NCBI GenBank assembly: GCA_046754105.1
Contig: JBHHVD010000061.1
Span: 1 to 20,414 of the forward strand
Length of the DNA stretch: 20,414 nucleotides
DNA from: Candidatus Krumholzibacteriia bacterium
GTDB lineage: Bacteria; Krumholzibacteriota; Krumholzibacteriia; WVZY01
Reading direction: 5' to 3'
This document shows positions 17,842-20,414 of the stretch, in pieces. The notes below the pieces were generated by a model. It had not been told where the DNA came from. It searched no databases and saw only the letters and a list, made by a program, of their open reading frames with translations. Position numbers and translations under genes: made by a program. The stretch's first letter is position 1. Each line of letters begins with the position of its first letter.

Positions 17842-18936
17842 ATGTCACTCGAAGGCAACCTTACAGCTTTTGGTCTCTCGGAGATACTCCAACTCATCGC
17901 CGTCCAGCAGAAGACCGGCATGTTGTCGGTCAGCAATCAGGACCGGTCAAGCGTGCTCTTCTTCCGGCAGGGCAATATTATCTCCACCCGCGACCGGCGC
18001 CGGAAGACGAAGGACCCCCTGAGGGATTACCTCACGCGCTACGGAATCCTCACCCGCGAGGATCTCATACGCATCACACAACTGGGAGCCCAGGCGAAGC
18101 TGGACATCACCGACATCATCGTTTCCGAGAAGCTTCTCAGCGAAGAGCAGATGAAGCATCACTACCGGAGCCATATCCAGGAAGAGGTGCACGAAATCCT
18201 CACTTGGGAGCAGTGCAGCTACAAGTTCATACCGGGCCGCGACATCATCGAGGGAATCACGAACCTGGGCGAGTTCAATATCGAAGGTCTGCTCATGGAG
18301 AGCATGCGCCGGATAGATGAATTCCCGCAGATGCTCAAGGCGTTCCCCTCGCTCGGCACCCGTATCGACAAGGCCGGCAAACCGGGCAAGGACGTGGAGC
18401 TCTCGAGCAACGAAAAGACGATCCGCAGCTTGCTGTCGCAGGAACGAACGCTCAGCGATCTCATCGCCAATGGTAAGATGCCCCGATTCGAAGCATACGA
18501 GGCCCTGAAACACCTCAAGGACAAGAATCTGATCACGGTGACCCTCGAAGAAAAAGAGGAAGTGGATGGCAAACGCCGGCCCCGCAATCGGAAGAAAGTC
18601 CGGCGAACGCGCGCGAACGCGCTGCCGGTTATCGTCGCCATCTTGCTGTTTCTCTTCTTTGCGGCCTGGGGAGGCAGGCTCGGCGCGCCCGATCTGAGTG
18701 CCATCCCCACGCTGGGCGTTACACCCGGCGCGGAGGCTTCGATCGCCCGCAACCGCGCCGAGGAGCAACTCCGCATCCGGTTGGAGGCGTACCGTGCGCT
18801 GTATAGCACCTACCCGTCGTCCGTCCGTACCCTGAAGTCATCCGGGCTCGCGACCGCCGCGTTCCTCGACGAGATGAAGAGGCATTCCTTCAGATACCAT
18901 TTGACAGCGGAAGGGGCGCGCTATACGCTGCTGTGA
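17842..18936 (+). CDS. DUF4388 (PatA-N-like) domain membrane protein
   Basis: GGAG RBS then MSLEGNLTAFGLSEILQLIAVQQKTGMLSV..LFFRQGNII, W..xYxF, NIEGLLMESMRRIDE; a basic stretch, one TM helix and a short C-terminal domain follow. Confidence 0.82.
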   Translation: MSLEGNLTAFGLSEILQLIAVQQKTGMLSVSNQDRSSVLFFRQGNIISTRDRRRKTKDPLRDYLTRYGILTREDLIRITQLGAQAKLDITDIIVSEKLLSEEQMKHHYRSHIQEEVHEILTWEQCSYKFIPGRDIIEGITNLGEFNIEGLLMESMRRIDEFPQMLKAFPSLGTRIDKAGKPGKDVELSSNEKTIRSLLSQERTLSDLIANGKMPRFEAYEALKHLKDKNLITVTLEEKEEVDGKRRPRNRKKVRRTRANALPVIVAILLFLFFAAWGGRLGAPDLSAIPTLGVTPGAEASIARNRAEEQLRIRLEAYRALYSTYPSSVRTLKSSGLATAAFLDEMKRHSFRYHLTAEGARYTLL

Positions 18937-19033
18937 ACGGTGAGGCATCCACGAGCCGTCGAACCGGCGGTGGCCGGGCCCCGCCGACGCCCGCCGACAA
19001 CTCTTCCAATCTGATCCACTACGCTCTGTGCTC

Positions 19034-19963
19034 ATGGCTTTCATGTTGAGGTTGTTTGATTTCGTGTTCGTGCTGAGGCCGCTCATCCTCATCCCGGCCT
19101 GGAGCTTTTACCTGATCGGGGCCGCCCAGGCAGAGGTGCCGCGGTCCGGCACGGCAGCGGGACTCCCATCACCCTCGGTATTCGTGGCCCTGACGACGAT
19201 TCTCACTACGGCCTATCTCCTCAACCAGGTATTCGACCGCGAGTCGGACGAAAAAAATGGCAAATGCTTCTACCTCTCCCGCGGGATTTTTCACGCGCGG
19301 ACGCTGGTAATCATGGCTCTCTTGTCCTTTCTGGTCGCCTCGACCGCGTTTCGCCACGTCGAAGGAATTCACCGGGGGCTCCTTCTCGGTGCGCTCGTGC
19401 TGTCGCTGTTCTACTCGCTGCCGCCGCTACGCCTGTGTGCCCGGCCCTTCGCGGACATGCTGGCCAACGCCGCGGGGTACGGTGGCCTTGCGTTCGCTCT
19501 GGGCTACGGGGCCTCGCGGCCGGCTTTGGCCGTGGTGACGGCCGCGTCGCCGTGGGCCTTGCTCGTCGCGGCGACGTTCCTCCACACCGCGATTCTCGAC
19601 GTACCTGGGGACAGGGACTCCGGCAAGATCAGCACCGCCGTCTTTCTCGGCGCCGGCACGGCCTCGTGGCTCGCCGCGTTCTTGCACGCGGCCGCCGTCG
19701 TCACCGCGATCCTCACCCGCAACACGGCCGCGCTATGGGTTACCGGCGCCCTCCTGCCGGCTGCCGCCTACGCGGTGGTGCGGCGGGACGGCAGGGCGAG
19801 CTCCATTGTGGTACAGGCCAGCACGGGCGTGGTGGCCGTCGCCGCCGCGGTATTCTGGCCGGCGTACCTGTTGTTGATCGTGCCAGTCGTCGTGTTGTCG
19901 CGCTTCTACTACAAGCGGCGCTTCGGCATCATCTATCCCGGCCTTCGAAATACCTCCGGATGA
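19034..19963 (+). CDS. UbiA-family prenyltransferase
   Basis: Highly hydrophobic; early RP motif, Asp-rich motif 1 NQVFDRESDEKNGK, YSLPPLRL, motif 2 DVPGDRDSGKIST. Start uncertain (19028, 19034 or 19043), no clear RBS. Confidence 0.82.
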   Translation: MAFMLRLFDFVFVLRPLILIPAWSFYLIGAAQAEVPRSGTAAGLPSPSVFVALTTILTTAYLLNQVFDRESDEKNGKCFYLSRGIFHARTLVIMALLSFLVASTAFRHVEGIHRGLLLGALVLSLFYSLPPLRLCARPFADMLANAAGYGGLAFALGYGASRPALAVVTAASPWALLVAATFLHTAILDVPGDRDSGKISTAVFLGAGTASWLAAFLHAAAVVTAILTRNTAALWVTGALLPAAAYAVVRRDGRASSIVVQASTGVVAVAAAVFWPAYLLLIVPVVVLSRFYYKRRFGIIYPGLRNTSG

Positions 19964-20414
19964 GCGGCGTGAGGATCGCGACACGGTTGATCGCACGGCA
20001 CTTCATTTCCTCGAACCAGTAAAGGGGACTGGGCCTGAGCTTGCAGCGGATGGCAAGACCCGTATCGATGATGTAGACGCCGTTGCGGCGAAGCGCAAAG
20101 CGATCGATTTTCTCGTTGCCGTGTGCCGGGTAGAGGGAGAACGCGGCCCGGTAGCCCGCTCCCATGACGCGACTCCTTGCGCGCGCGTTGTACCGCCCGA
20201 ACGGGTAGGAGAAGCTCTTCACGGTTTTTCCGGTTATCGCCTCGATCGCTGCTTTCGACCCCTCGACCTCCCGGTCGAGTTCCTCCCCGCCGAGCCGCGT
20301 CAGGTCGAGATGACGCGCGCCGTGGGAACCAAAACGGGCCCCACGGTCGGACATCTCCTCGATCTGTCTCCGCGACAAGTGTGTGAACGGCCGCCGGCCG
20401 AGCGACAGTTCCCA
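19929..20414 (-). CDS. Polysaccharide deacetylase (NodB/CE4 family), 5'-truncated by window edge
   Basis: Frame open to the edge (WELSLGRRPFTHLSRRQIEEM..); FGSHGARH metal-binding His pair, FSYPFG motif, AGYRAAFS, RFALRR. Confidence 0.85.
   Translation of the reverse strand, partial: WELSLGRRPFTHLSRRQIEEMSDRGARFGSHGARHLDLTRLGGEELDREVEGSKAAIEAITGKTVKSFSYPFGRYNARARSRVMGAGYRAAFSLYPAHGNEKIDRFALRRNGVYIIDTGLAIRCKLRPSPLYWFEEMKCRAINRVAILTPLIRRYFEGRDR

Noticed and set aside
18979..18998. Short direct repeat CCCGCCGAC x2 between the DUF4388 and UbiA genes
   Set aside because: Two 9 nt GC-rich copies are expected by chance; no array or mobile-element context.

Overview
GC-rich bacterial chromosomal window of mostly housekeeping genes. 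A ~15.4 kb run of tightly spaced minus-strand genes reads ktrB/trkH-ktrA/trkA-asnS-uvrA-gcvT-gcvH-gcvPA-gcvPB-oppB-oppC-oppD-oppF. It is followed by a near-consensus sigma70 promoter and the 5' end of a secreted, probably TonB-dependent-receptor-like gene that the ORF track missed (1-125). gcvT is interrupted by one in-frame TAA (8870-8872) in the conserved DVSHMG[E/Q] motif; no frameshift is needed to restore it. Diverging from the ktr genes are a sigma54-type promoter, an IHF consensus site and a perfect TGTAAA-N6-TTTACA palindrome. These precede a membrane TPR/Cys-rich protein and a DUF4388 membrane protein with a pseudopilin-like C-terminus, the best candidate here for an uncharacterised system. 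A UbiA-family prenyltransferase and a partial convergent polysaccharide deacetylase end the window. No rRNA, tRNA, CRISPR array or mobile element was seen. All family calls come from motif recognition by eye, not database searches.
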